DNA of 58,874 nucleotides, the filler included, from Basidioascus undulatus (Eukaryota), in assembly GCA_000826855.1 (NCBI GenBank). It is 3 parts of 3 records of this genome, joined end to end, with 100 filler letters (N's around TTAATTAATTAA, not from the genome) between each part and the next. Parts side by side here need not be neighbours in the genome. Positions count along the whole stretch, not along the records: positions 39,325 to 58,874 come from JTLS01000413.1; 2 more parts are not named here. One strand, written 5' to 3'. Shown piece after piece: positions 40,505 through 52,666 of the stretch (the stretch's first letter is position 1; every line of letters starts with the position of its first letter). The notes under the pieces were generated by a model. That model did not search any database. It worked only from the letters and a program-made list of their open reading frames with translations, and had not been told where the DNA came from. Both the position numbers and the translations under genes were made by a program.

Positions 40505-41071
40505 GCTGGTCGGTGATGGTGAAAAGAAGAGAGGGACTCGACGCCGTTTGCGACACGGCGTGGCGACTGAAGACCCGGACGTCCGCAAAATGCCGCGGAT
40601 GAAGCTGTCCGTGACGCATCCCATGCCACACCTCACCAACAAACCACGAGAAACAAACAAAATAACTGATTCCGTTTCATCTAGAAAATATGCAAGGAGA
40701 ACATAGAGGGCCTCTTGCTGAAGAAATGGGTCCTTGGCGTGCGAAGCGTGAGCGTATAGTTGGGAGATCGTTAGGAGCTGTAACACTGCGCACCGACATC
40801 CTCAGAAGAATTGAGCTCTAAAGATGCCTCTCTATTAGTTTGTCATTGGGAGATAAGCTGTCCAGGGCGTGTCAAAGCGACAAAATCCACACAATCCTGC
40901 GTCCAAGTCTGTTCTGAAGGAACTAGGCAGAGGCGGCAGAGCAGGACCTTCATTCGTATTCGTGCAAACCTAGTTTTCATCATCCCTCGGACAGTGTCCA
41001 CTACTTATAGACATTTGCTATACAGTTATTTAAGCTGTCAAGAACAAAACAGGTACGAGGTGGAATGCTGA

Positions 41072-41323
41072 ATGGAAATGTCCTACAGCCGGAGCACTTT
41101 GAAACGCGTCGCGTCGCGTCTCGCTGAGGCTTCCCATCTTCCTCCTCACTGCCAAAACAGTCTCTCCATTGTCCACGATGAGCAAGCCCGCCAAAACGTG
41201 CAGGGAAGGCGAGCTGACCATCAGTGCCAACAGTGCTACAAGATGAGGAAGGAACTGCCGGACTACAAGCTGCTCGTGTGCGCGGCCTGCAGTGCGTGTC
41301 CTCTTCTCGCTCCCTCATCATGA
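41072..41323 (+). pseudogene. Half of a MYND-type zinc finger (fragment)
   Basis: HQCQQCYK...KLLVCAAC is followed by a GTGCGT donor, but no downstream YCSxxCQ exon appears before the ATG15 3' end. Confidence 0.45.
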
Positions 41324-41351
41324 TCTGCCCTCTTGTTTCCATCAAATCTCA

Positions 41352-43247
41352 TTACCGCATCTCCTCCCAATCTCCATACTCCCACTTGAAGCAATCCACG
41401 CAGTCCTCCTCCCTCTCCAGCTTGGGAATGCCCACCTCCCCCTCATCATCCCCCCACGCGCGGTCCTCATCGAGAATGCTGTCAATGTACACGCCGATGC
41501 GGTGGTCTGGGCGGACCTCTCACTCCTCAGTGGGAGATTATGAATAAGGAGAAGGGATCGGAAGACGCACTGAGGATGCTCGTCCGCCATCCTAGCTTCG
41601 AGACGGTGTCGAAGACGATCGCGCGGCCCGCATGGCACCGCGCATCCATTGCCAAGCCTGCGAGCCAGCACGCGCTCGTCACGCCGCTGCAGGTGCCCAT
41701 GGAAATCGGGTCGGCAGTGTTGTAAACATGCACGACTGAGGCGACGCCAGTTCATGTGTCAGCGAGAGGCAAGTGGATGGCGAGAAGTGGGGAAGGTAGG
41801 ACGAAAAAAGACAAACCGTCGGGTGAGGACGGAGGCGCGGGGAGATGCAGCCGCGAGGCAGGGAGGAGGTCGCCTGGCGCTGAAAAGGATACGGAAGGTG
41901 ATCCGAAAGCTGTATTTGTTTTCTATGTCAGATCCAATCCGACCATGGTGGGAAGGGCAGGTACGCACTGAGAGCCAAGAGCGAGGCAAGTGCCCCGCCG
42001 AGACTGTGTCCCGTCAGGATGATCTGCGCAGTAGGGTAGAGGGAGGTGATGTTATTGTACAGGTTCTGGGGTGGGAGATGGGGCGCATGTGAGCAGGGTA
42101 GGGGGTGGGCGGCAAGGGAGGGAAGGACGGACAGTGGCAAGGTTGTAGTATACCGACTCTTCGGACACGGCAGTCTCGAGACAGGACTGCGCGCAGCGCG
42201 ATCCGGGGGCGGCGAAGCAGTCGCAGACTGGGTAATGAGGAAGTGATGTCTCAGTGTCGCGGCTGAATGCGTGTGGATGTGGGTTGGGGGAGGGGGCAGA
42301 CGCACCGGGCGTCCAGGTCCAGTCCTTCTCAGCGAGTGGCAGCATCAGTTGTACCCTAAACGAGTGAACTGAAGATGGCCGAAAGAAGGGCTCACTTCGC
42401 GCGCACAACAACAGGAGAAGAGGAGGTTGTCCTGCGCAAACAACGACCCCGTCAGCGATCCGCTGCGACCCAAGCGAGGGGCACGGCCAGGCGCACATTG
42501 AATTGATCCGACTTGGCTGTGGTACCTCCCCCGCCTAGAAAAGTAGCAGAAGTGCCTTTGAGGGCGACGACGACCGTCTGGGCACCCATCGCGTCAGTAT
42601 CTCTGGACGGCGTCGGCAGACACGCGGCGTGGCGCACGGAGTTATCCGGAGTCGCAAAAACATGCCCTCGAAGGTTGGGCTCCTCGAAGCCGAAACTAAC
42701 GGTCTGGATGAGCGGATCGAAAATGAGCGGAAGATGCTCGATCGATGGCGATCGATGGCGGAATCGGCAAAGGTGGTACCGTGTTCCACTCGTCGCCCAG
42801 CGGCACCCATTCGGACGAATCCTGCAGTTCGAACACATGCGTGAGGGGATAATAGAGGATAAAGGGCACAGTATCCATTCAACGCACAGGCAACACATAC
42901 GCATTGCTAGTCATCCTCGCCAACTCGCGCAGCGTCTCCCGATCGCCCACATCCGGTCCATCCCCGCCACCGATTCCGCCCTCCTTCCACGCTGCCCTCG
43001 CTTCCCCTTCTGCTCCTCGACAATTCCACTGGAGAACATGCTCTCCTAATATGGAAGCCGAAGCGGCGTCGAGCGTGCCGGGGGAAACGTCGTGCAGGAG
43101 GAGTGGGAGCGAACGGTCAGCCGTGGAGGGCGCTGCCCAGGCGTGGCGGACTGTGAAAGTGAGCGGGGAATCCGCGAGAGCGAGCGGTATGAGGGCGGTG
43201 AGCGATAAAAGCGTGAATGGTAAGGTGAGAGTGGACAGTGGGCGCAT
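41352..43247 (-). CDS. ATG15: Autophagy-related lipase Atg15
   Basis: Hydrophobic N-terminus, DRETLRELARMTSNAY, LRGHVFATPDNSTVVVALKGTS, DNLLFSCCCAR, lipase nucleophile GHSLGG, HVYNTADPISMGTC and CVDCFKWEY; stop 41352-41354. Confidence 0.95.
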
Positions 43248-43381
43248 CGGTGTATGTGAAGCGTGCGGTTCGAGGACAAGATGGAACGCCTGCCTCGAGA
43301 GCGCAATGATCGGCGAGCGTCATAGCTGCCCCCCTTGCCCCTTGACCCTCGCTTGACCACCGTCTTCTCCCTTCGCCTTCC

Positions 43382-44201
43382 ATGATCCCCCCGCCGAACA
43401 TGGGCAGCGTCGTCCCCTCAAACGCCCGGGGTGATGCGCTCGTATCCCAGCTCTCACTCTCCCCACACCCAGAGGGCGGCTTCTTTGTTGTCACGCATGC
43501 GAATCCGACGCCTTCCCCCTCCTCCGCGGTGCCCAACCGGGCACTATCCACCTCAATCTACTACCTTCTCACCCCCCGTTCGCCCTCAGGCTATTTCCAC
43601 CTCAACACCTCTACAACATACCACTCGCTGCACGAGGGCCGCGCGCGATACACCCTCATCCACGCCGAGACGGCGGAGGTCCGGGAGCATGTCATGGGGC
43701 CGGGGGAGGGCGAGACGCGGATGCTCGTTGTCGATGGGAGGTGGTGGAAACGGGGTGAGCTGATAGAAGGGGAGGATATGTGCTTGATCACGGAGGTCGT
43801 CGTTCCAGGCAAGTCTTGCTCCGTCCCTGCTTCCCTTCGGTTCAGCATCGCTGAAAGGGCTCACTGGTCGCCCGGTGGAAACAGGCTTCGACTGGGCCGA
43901 CCACGCCTTCCTCACGCTCCCGCTCCTCTCCCGGCTCTTCCCCGGCGACAGGCACAAGATCAAGCACTACTCGCAGTACCTCAAGCCGCTCTCGCCCGAG
44001 GAGGAGGCGCAATCGCACGTCGACGATCCGGACCAGGCGGAGCGCGTCCTTACGGCCATGGTGGGTCGCGCGAAGCATGAGGAAGACGAGGCGAAGGCGC
44101 ACGAGCATAGAATAGAGGACGCCAAGGAGAGGTTCGCGGAGGATAGGACGGCCGACCGACTGCTCACGGTGGACGACTTCGTGCCGAGGTTCAGGTGCTA
44201 G
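43382..44201 (+). CDS. CFF1: Cupin_5 (DUF985) protein, Cff1/YML079W homologue
   Basis: LSPHPEGGFF, STSIYYLLT, HEGRARYTLI and CLITEVVVPGFDWADH, with one GC-AG intron at 43809-43884. Confidence 0.85.
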
Positions 44202-44794
44202 AGGGGGATCTGGCAGTAAGGCTGGCCGTAAAACGGTGGGCGTCAGCTGCTTAGAGACTTAGATTGTCTGGCAATAGACTATTTAAAGGACTCGCGTCCA
44301 TAGACAGCTTTCGATCCTGCAGCCAGCGTGCGGGCCAGCGACACGACCGTCTTAACTTCTTTTTGCCCCCCAAGCAAGATAGCGCCTAACTGATGCTGAA
44401 GGTCCAGTTTGCTTGAATGTGTCGACTTTTGGAGACCAATAAAGTCTACTAATTATAGTGCATTTGGTGGATGTACGTGTACCATCTCGCAGCCTCATTC
44501 CCTCGCACGCAGCTCCAGCTGCCTCTTGCTCAGACAAGGTCAATTTATACACCTGCTTCAGCAAGGCTACCGCGAACAACTGCCGCGAACAACTGGACCG
44601 AAAATGAGCTCGAAAGCCGAACCGCGAAGAGGCCACAAGGCTGTGCCTGTCTCCAGCGTGGAAGTGCGAGCCTAAGACGTGAGACACGCAGGCACAGGCA
44701 CGGCCCCTCTCGCATGACAACCGATTTATGCACCGACTTCACCTGCAACCACCATCTTCTGCCACCTCCTCCTACTCATCTCACGGCAGCCATC

Positions 44795-45983
44795 ATGCTG
44801 GAGCCGTTCGCTGGCCACCAGAACTTCTTCCGCTGCCTGGGTTCGCCTTCACACGGGTTCGCCTTCACACAGCTATCGATGTGACGTGACGGCTGGCCAC
44901 GCGACTGTCCAATGCACGCAGGCGATATGGCCCTCGCAGCTACCGTGTTGATCCCGCTCATCCGCTTCGCGTTTGTGCGACCTGCCTCGAAGGGTGCGTA
45001 GCGATCAGCTCGCGCGCCCAACGTCCAACAGCCCAGGGTCTGAAGTTCGACGGTCCGAACTGCATTGGTTTGGTCTGTGGACCACAGGTATCTCCCTCGA
45101 CACGGCGCTGCTGCACTTGGTGGCTTTCGTGTTGAAGTACCTCGACATTACGTCTAATGGTATGTTCTACAACCTCGTGATGAAGCTCATCTTCATCACG
45201 GGCTCGACCGTTCTTGTCCTCGGGCTCATCTTCGCTCGTTTCCGGGACCCGTCAGTCCTCTCCTCCCATTTCCCCGCGTTTTACTTTCCACCCCGCTAAT
45301 AACGTAACCTTCGTATTCACCAAACAGTGCCGCCTCCCCTGCCCTCCGCCTCCTCGACTTCACCCTCCCGCTCCTGCTTGTCTCCCTCGCCGCAGGCCTC
45401 CCCTTCAACTACACCTCCTCCTCCTACGACACCCACCCGTCGAAGATCACCCGCGCGCTCGAGAACCCGCAGGAGTGGCTGTGGGCGTGCGCGATCTACC
45501 TCACGGCCGTGGCCGACGTGCCGCAGATGGCGCTGGCGCTCGAGACGCGCGACATGGACGGCTGGGTCGCGTGCGCGCTCCTCGCGTGGGCGGAGCACAG
45601 GGTGTGGTACGGCCTGAACTGGTACAGCCGGGTGAGCTCTGGACGTTTGGTCACACTGAGAAGGACTGGACTGATGGAATGTGGGGAAACAACAGTACGA
45701 GGCGGAAGGCCTCATGGACCCAATCGCCTGGACCGGGGCAGCGGTGCACTTCCTCCTCCTCGTCGGGTTTGCGCTCGCGTACAAGTTCCAGCGCAAGCCT
45801 GCTGCTGTGCAGCTCGACGAGGAGTCGCAGGAGCAGGTGCCCCAGGTCGCAAAGCCGCTGCTCGTGGAAGTGGCGCAGCGGTGCGTCGTCATCTGTCCTT
45901 TCCGGCGTCTGGTGCAATGCTGACTGCGAGTGGACGCGGTGGACAGGGAGTTTGGAGCGATCGGGGAAAAGATCGCCGCTTGA
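44795..45983 (+). CDS. Divergent ER lumen protein-retaining (KDEL/HDEL) receptor-like protein
   Basis: Spliced NFFRCLGD, GISLDT...KYLD, YNLVMKLIFI, EWLW..AIYLTAVA.VPQM and HRVWYGLNWYSRY align with the ERD2 family pattern; stop TGA 45981-45983. Confidence 0.8.
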
Positions 45984-46878
45984 AGTGGGCGCGCAGTCTG
46001 CGCCTACACTGCTCACATTCTACTTTTCATCACTGTACTCGTGCTACGGACACTCCCTTTCTCATCGAACCTAGACGGCAGTCCCACATTGCGCTGCTTC
46101 TACTCGCCTCTGCATGAAAGTCGGTCTCGGTTCATCGCTTTCACGACGGCAGACTCAACGCATTAACACCTCATCGCCCTGTCCTTCTCAAAGGGTACCA
46201 GCGTTGATCCCCCTCAATACCTCGTCCCTTTCTTCGCATCATCCGCAAAAACCTCACTAGAGCGGCTTTACGCCGGTCTCTAGACTTCTACGGTCAAATC
46301 TGTGCTCGCCCGTCATCAGCAACAAACCCGTTCGCATTGAGCTCCAAATACATAAAGTCCTACACCGGCATGGCCGGATCTTCAAGTTAGCTCCCGGCCT
46401 CAGCCGAAATTCGTGTGTGAGGTGATAGAGAGACTGAGAAACCGTACAATCTTGAAATAGGAAATAAATAAGTGGACAGACTTAAATGGCGGCCCACGAG
46501 GAGTACTGCTGCCCGTGAAAAAAGAAACGTCTCGCAGAGCCTTGCAACACTCTCAGTGAGCTGCAATCTTATGACACTTCATGTTTTTTTCTCCGGCTTT
46601 TGTGATACAAACTTTGCAGTGCATCAGCGTAAGCACCACTCAAGCGGGAAGCCGAAGCGGCACGTCCGCTACCTTGCTGCAGCACATCCGCGCGGCCTAA
46701 GATGGAACGCCGGAAGCCGAACCGGTCGGCTTGGCGGCTGTTCTTCTTGTCTTCTCTCCGTCAACCAGTCTCAAACATCGATCTTTCATCTCGCGGACTT
46801 TCCCCCTCACACCAACAACGAGTCTAATAACCACCGCCAGTTTTTGAGCTGCTTATCGAGTATTTGCTCCCCGCTGTG

Positions 46879-49724
46879 ATGCCTCCTCGGATCACGAACT
46901 TGGACCGCGGTGCGGCGTGCCAGCGCTGTCGCGAGAAGAAGCTGGTACGTCCATCCTCAGGGGCGCTCTTATGAAGACATGCACGATGTACTCAATTGCG
47001 TCCTCGTGCGGCTGGGCGGTGCAACAGAAGTGCGACGCCGCTCGGCCAACTTGCCGCCAATGCGCGAGGACCGGCAGCGAGTGCGCCTATGGCCACAGCA
47101 AGGGTAACAAAGAAGTGCAGCTTAAGCGAAAGATTGGTGAGCAGTCAGTTTGCTCAAATTCTCGACTGCATGTGGATGTTGAAAAGAGAGCGATCTTGGC
47201 GGGCAGCCCAGCTTGAAAAGGCGCTCGGGGACGTACTGCTGCAGAAGGACAGCGACGAGGGCGGGTCGAACTCGAGTGAGAAGGTGGATTTCTTGAGTGA
47301 ACTTCTTGGTACGTCGCTGTCTGCGGGGGCAACACTGTTTGTCTTGACAAATCATGTCTCCAGCGTCGGCGCCGTTGGGAGCAGTCGACGAGCCAGAAAT
47401 GACAACGCCCGTTTGCTCAGGCAAGTGCCTACTCTTTGTTATCATCCCCTTTGAGCGATTTTGATTTCGAGTGACTTACACCCATCTGCACCCTCTTACT
47501 AGCATCTGTCGTCCCTGTCGCTCGTCACCAACTCCCGACGCCGGCGCACAGCCCGTCGCTTTCCGAGACCGCTTCATTCCCTCTGGCCAACTTCGTTCTG
47601 CCACGGTTGTTCTTTCTGAGCTGTCCAGGACCGTACGACCTCACCCCCGTCCCGGGCCTTGTACCACCTGCTCTTGCTCAACGTCTGTACGCGCTTGCGG
47701 CAGCCCCAATCTACGTCTCCAGGCGACTTGGCACTAAAGTCTCTTCTTTCCAGGATCAACGTCTTCTACTATCGGGCGCTTTGCTCCACTCTCGTCCCCC
47801 GCTCCTCCTTCGCCCTTCCGCCCACGCGCCCCGAGCATCTCCACCCAGCACTGCAGTACAGTACGCGATCTTCTCGCTCGCGGTGAACCTCGGCGGGGAC
47901 CAGTCGAACGCGGTGCATGCCGAAGCATTTCTAACACATGCAGTCAGTGAGGTCGGGATCGTGATGGACAAGGGTGATAAACTCTGGCAACTTCTTGTCG
48001 CGTACCACGTCCTCTCGGTGCGTGCAATCGCCTGCGTTGAGGGCTTCAGCAGCCATCCGCGAGCGGAGAGTCGGAGGTTTTAATTTTTGTTCTTTACTTA
48101 TTTACTAATTTTTTTTTAGCTGGGAGCTGCGAGAAAAGATCCTATGGGAGTATGGGGCTGGCACGCTGCGCGTTGCGTCTTTTTCTTGTCATTTGCATTC
48201 GACGCGTACTACTTTGCGTGCACTAACTTGTGCCACCTCCGTCCATAGTGATTAAACTTGCTCTCAGCATGGACTACCACCGGCTCTCGCCCGTTAAGCT
48301 CCTCACCGCGTCCGGACGTGCGTCGTTCACGGCGGACAACGGCCTGCCGAGCAATCTCATCCCGCCAAACCTCGCGCTTGCGCTGCGTCGCACGCCGACT
48401 GGGCACGAGCAGGAGAGCGCTATCAAGACTTGGTGGACCACGTACACGCATGAGTATGTTTTGAGTCCATGTTGACTGAAAATAGGAGACGCGGTGACTA
48501 GGAATTTTGTTGCAGACGCGTTGCAAACGTTCTGTGCTGCACGCCTTGCACACTTGAGGAAGACCAAGTCACCACGCCATTCTACGCTCCCGTTTGTTAT
48601 TTTAATCTAATAGTATTCTTCTCGAGCAATTGTGCTACTTAGATACTTACCCTCCCTCGCGGCAGACACCCGCCGACCCTCAACCGCAGTCCTTCCGCTC
48701 TCCTCGGCCTTTTACTACCCACCCTGCGAGTCTGCCCGCGCGAATTCTGCTCAGGAAGGCAGTCTGCCTCTGTGCACGCGCTGGGCGTCTCAACGATCCG
48801 TCGCTCGAGCTACCTGCTTCCCTGCGAGCTAGCGAGCCCGTGCCGCGCTCTGCGCGAGAGCGCCTGGCAGTGATTAGGGAGAGCGCCGAGTTCGAAGAGC
48901 TTGCTGCCCTGGTGAATGAGTTCAGGTGCAGTCTCCCGCAAAGGTGGACGGGACAGGCAGACCCATGTGTGTGGAACGAGGAGGACATGGAGGAGGTCGA
49001 GAGGGTTTCGGGCTTACACGCTGTCGCTTTGTGCGTCCCCTCCTTTTACCTGCGATCGAGGGCCCACACTCAAAGCTCATCCGTGCTGACCTTTTCAGCA
49101 CACTCCTAATTCTCCACGAGCCGCATCTCGATTCGCATCCGTCCTCCGCAGCCGCCTGCAATACAGCATCGCTTGAGCTCGTCGAACTCGTCTCGCAGCT
49201 CGCATCGCCGCGCTTCGTTCTCGGCAGGCTTCACGTCTTCTGCAAGTACGTAACTTTAGCTCATCTCTTTCCCGTCATTCCTGCACGTGTTTGACACTGC
49301 CTTTCTGCGTAGCTTCGCCTGGCTGCGCGCTGGCCATCATCTGCTCCGATCGCTTCGCATTGCACGAGAGAGCGACATCTGGAACTACATCGGGCGACTG
49401 CGTGCGGGTATCGGACTTCTCGTTCACGCACTCGAGCGGGTCGGAGAGACATGGGCGGTGGCGGGTAAGCTCTCTCCCCTTCCGGCCCTTTCTCAGATCA
49501 GGACTGCATTGCTGACGATCTAGCTCGTCAATGGCTTAGCTGAACAATCTCGGACGCTGAGGTCCGCGCTGGAGGAAGCGACGGCCGTTCTGCCCTCCGC
49601 CGGAGAGGAGGGGCTGTCGGACCCAGTGGGATCGATGAGACATGTCCTAGAGATGAGGCTCGCTATACCTGAGAACGAGATCCCGTTCCGCAACTGTGCA
49701 TTGCATACGGTGCCGATATCCTGA
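46879..49724 (+). CDS. Zn(II)2Cys6 fungal transcription factor
   Basis: RGAACQRCREKKL|KCDAARPTCRQCARTGSECAY, followed by many exons of a helical middle region. Exon boundaries beyond the zinc cluster are approximate. Confidence 0.85.
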
Positions 49725-49899
49725 AGCCAATTGAATCATTTCTGCGCCGTGCTTGTGTGCCATGTGATGCCTGGGGTGCTAAACGTTAGGGAAAGGGGAG
49801 CTCCTTCCCTCAACTGAGCGCGGCGTGAAGGCGTGACAACAAGAAAGCTGCAGCACATGGACAAGAGGCACCTCGACTTCCACCTGTACTCTCTATACA

Positions 49900-52130
49900 C
49901 ACGACCATGCATCTAACTCTGCCCACTTGTCCCAACTGCCATACCACCGATTGACACACTTATTATGGAACAACACCGACCGCTGCCTGCAGGGCTGTGA
50001 GGTCGAGCAAGGGGCCCGCCCGTGCTACGGCTAACGGTATCCTGGCTCCAAATCCCGAAAGCACTCCTAAGCAGGCCAGGGACAGTACGAGTACGGTCCT
50101 CTCGTAGGGTTTCCCACGTGTAAGACGCGAAGGGCGGTGCTCTTGCATCGCGTAACCTACACACACACACACACACGCATGGAATGAAGCCATGGCTTGC
50201 AGCCCCCATCAGGAGTCGTCATCCGTTTTATCCTCCGTGTTGTCGTCCGTAGGGCCTTCGTCAAGGTCGGAGTCGTAAAGTGGGCCATCTTCTCTGAGTA
50301 TCTTGGTGCCTGTGACGGTGTACTACATGCGGGTATAGCATTTCCCCAAGATGGCATGGGTGGTATCCAGGAGAGCGTGGAAGATCTGCAAGAGGCGCCG
50401 TTCATTCAGGAGGCCTTCTGCCTTGGTGCTAGGACAAGGAGACGTCGGTGGGGACCAGGGCGGGGTGTGGACAGTCGAACAGAATGTAGAGGGGCTCCTC
50501 AATGGCCGTGCCACACATTCGACGTGAACGCTGTTCTCTTGGGGTGGTGGTACTGGCATGCCGGAGTGACTCAAGGCAGGGGGGTTGTTCCGGGAAGAGC
50601 GCTTTTGTGAGGGCACAGCGGTGCAGTGCAACGAGGATGTTGAGTTAGGTACGCCAGGACCAGATTGAGGCTCGTCCACGGAGCAGCACTGACCGCGCCT
50701 GATCAGAAGAGTCACTTGAGAGTGTGTGATGGAGGTGTTTCTTTAGGGCCTTGACAATGCGCTCGCAGTGGTCTTCAGTGATGGGAAGCGTGCTGGGAAG
50801 ATTGCTGCCATAGTGTGGGAGCACGGTCTGCAGACGATGGAAGAAGCCCCATTGCTCCCAGGATGCTATCCTCCAGAGCAGCTCCTGCAAAGTGCGGTGG
50901 GGTTGTGATGCACCATATTGGGTGTAGCGGATGCAGAGTTCCAGTCGGCAGAGGAGGATTGGGTGCAGGCCTGTCTCTGTGAACAGTGGGACTTTCTGGC
51001 TGTTTGGGTGAACACGGAGGGCCCGTCGCAAGAAGCGATGTTGCTCGTTTTCCAGTAGGTCGCGCTCCACTTTGTTGGCAGGGAGAGCAAGCTCGTAGGA
51101 AGAGATGGGATGCGGGTCAACCAGAGCAGTATACAGCTTGATGGCCTCACAGGGTGAGGGTGTGCCAATGTAGGCTTCAGTGAAGAAGCACGATTGACAA
51201 ACCCGGCGTGCCTTGCATGCTTGCTCCTCAAGGTGTGGTCGAAAGAGGGAGGGAGTAGCGGGGATCTGACGTCAACTTGACACCCACATAGGTGGTGGAC
51301 GGTACGTAGCGGATGGGTCTGCTGTAGAGATGGAATGTGGGGGAAGGTTGGGGTAGTTTCCCAAAGGCCATCCACTCAGAATTGTCGGGGTTTGCGTCCA
51401 CAAAGTTGTTGGAGGCCCACTCCCCCCAAGGCAGTCAAGCTTGCGTCGTAGGCCTCCTGGCGAGGTGGAGAGGATGACCATGTCGTCGGCATGCATCAAG
51501 TAGGCAATGATCTGTCCAGCGAGCACAATGTCGACCACGTCCTGGGGAAGAGTGAAGTCCGAGATGTAGAGGATGAAGGCTGTCGGACCCAGCTCTCCGA
51601 TGATAATGCCAATGGACGAGAAGAACTCCTCGGAGAAGGGCTTTCCCTATCTTGGTGTAGTAACGCATGCGTTCGTAGATCCACAGAACAAGATCAAACG
51701 GCCGCCCGCCACTACCCCAGTTCAGGAGTTTCAGCCAGAGTGTCTCCCGGTCGACGGAGGGGAAGGTATTTGCAAGGTCAATGAAGGCTGCTTAGAGGGT
51801 CTGCCCCGTGGCATTTGCGCGCTCGATGCAGGCCTGGTAAGACAAAGACATTGTTGTAGGTGCGATATCCTGCGCGGAACCCATTCTGGTGGTGGGATTG
51901 TCCATGAACCGACGGCTGCAAGAGTTTGGGGACATGAAAGTGCCGTAAGTGAGCGGACAGAGTAAACGCTGGTGGTAGGTGAAGACCCAAAGTGAGTATT
52001 TTGTACTTGATACAGGCAAGATAAAGTCCAACCTTGGTTCCAGATCCTGCGACGCGCCGCATGCACCTGGAGGTCGGGCAGGTCCAAAAGGCAGTCTCGG
52101 TCGCCGCCACGGTCCGCTCCTGGCAATTTC
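49900..52130 (-). mobile_element. Degenerate, 5'-truncated non-LTR retrotransposon (LINE-like RT)
   Basis: RT motifs QNGFRAGYRTYNNVFVL, YAAFIDLANTFPSV, GIIIGELGPTAFILYISD and YLMHADDMVILSTSPGGLRRKL; post-RT LENEQHRFLRRALRV..LFTETG; and a decayed C-terminal zinc knuckle (RMCGTAIEEPLYILFDC). Many frameshifts; ends approximate. Confidence 0.85.
50159..50176. repeat. (AC)9 microsatellite
   Basis: Perfect dinucleotide run near the LINE 3' end. Confidence 0.9.
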
Positions 52131-52189
52131 AATCATGCTAAATAAGATAAATTGTCAAATTTCGAGTTCACAGAAGAAATAGCTGACCC

Positions 52190-52666
52190 TCATAGTACTC
52201 GTTCTTCTGGAAAGTAGAGAGCGCCGGAACAGCAGCTGGACAACGCGTTCGCACCTGCCCCCGGTTCCATAAGAAATGGTCAGCTTGTCGTCTGCATACG
52301 GACCCTGTCTGCTCAGGAAAACACTACCCACCGACCCTAACCACGTCTCCGTACTTCTCGTGCAACTCCTTCAGCTTCAAGTGGCTGTCCCCCCGCAAGC
52401 ATGCACCGTGCGCCACCACTGCGATATTTTGGCCACACAGGACCAGGGTGCGCGCTGAGCGTGTGAAGCGGGGAGTATCAGATGATGGAGGTAGCGAGAC
52501 CGATAAGAAGATAGAGAGTGAACGACGGCCGCAGAGCAAGTCCCGCAATGACAGCCAAGAGGAAGTGCGGCGCGTGAGGTGGGCGAACATGGACGAGGAC
52601 GTGCACGAAAGGGGAAGCGAGCAGACCGAACGCGGCCGGCGACATAGCAGAAAAAGAAGATAGCAT
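52190..52666 (-). pseudogene. Cytochrome P450 N-terminal fragment
   Basis: Membrane anchor, then SII*YSPLHTLSAHPGP..AKISQWW and HLKLKELHEKYGDVVRVG(P). It has an in-frame TGA and frameshifts, and no heme-binding region follows. Confidence 0.75.

Noticed and set aside
49780..49795. TTAGGG near the LINE end as a telomeric repeat
   Set aside because: A single hexamer, expected by chance.
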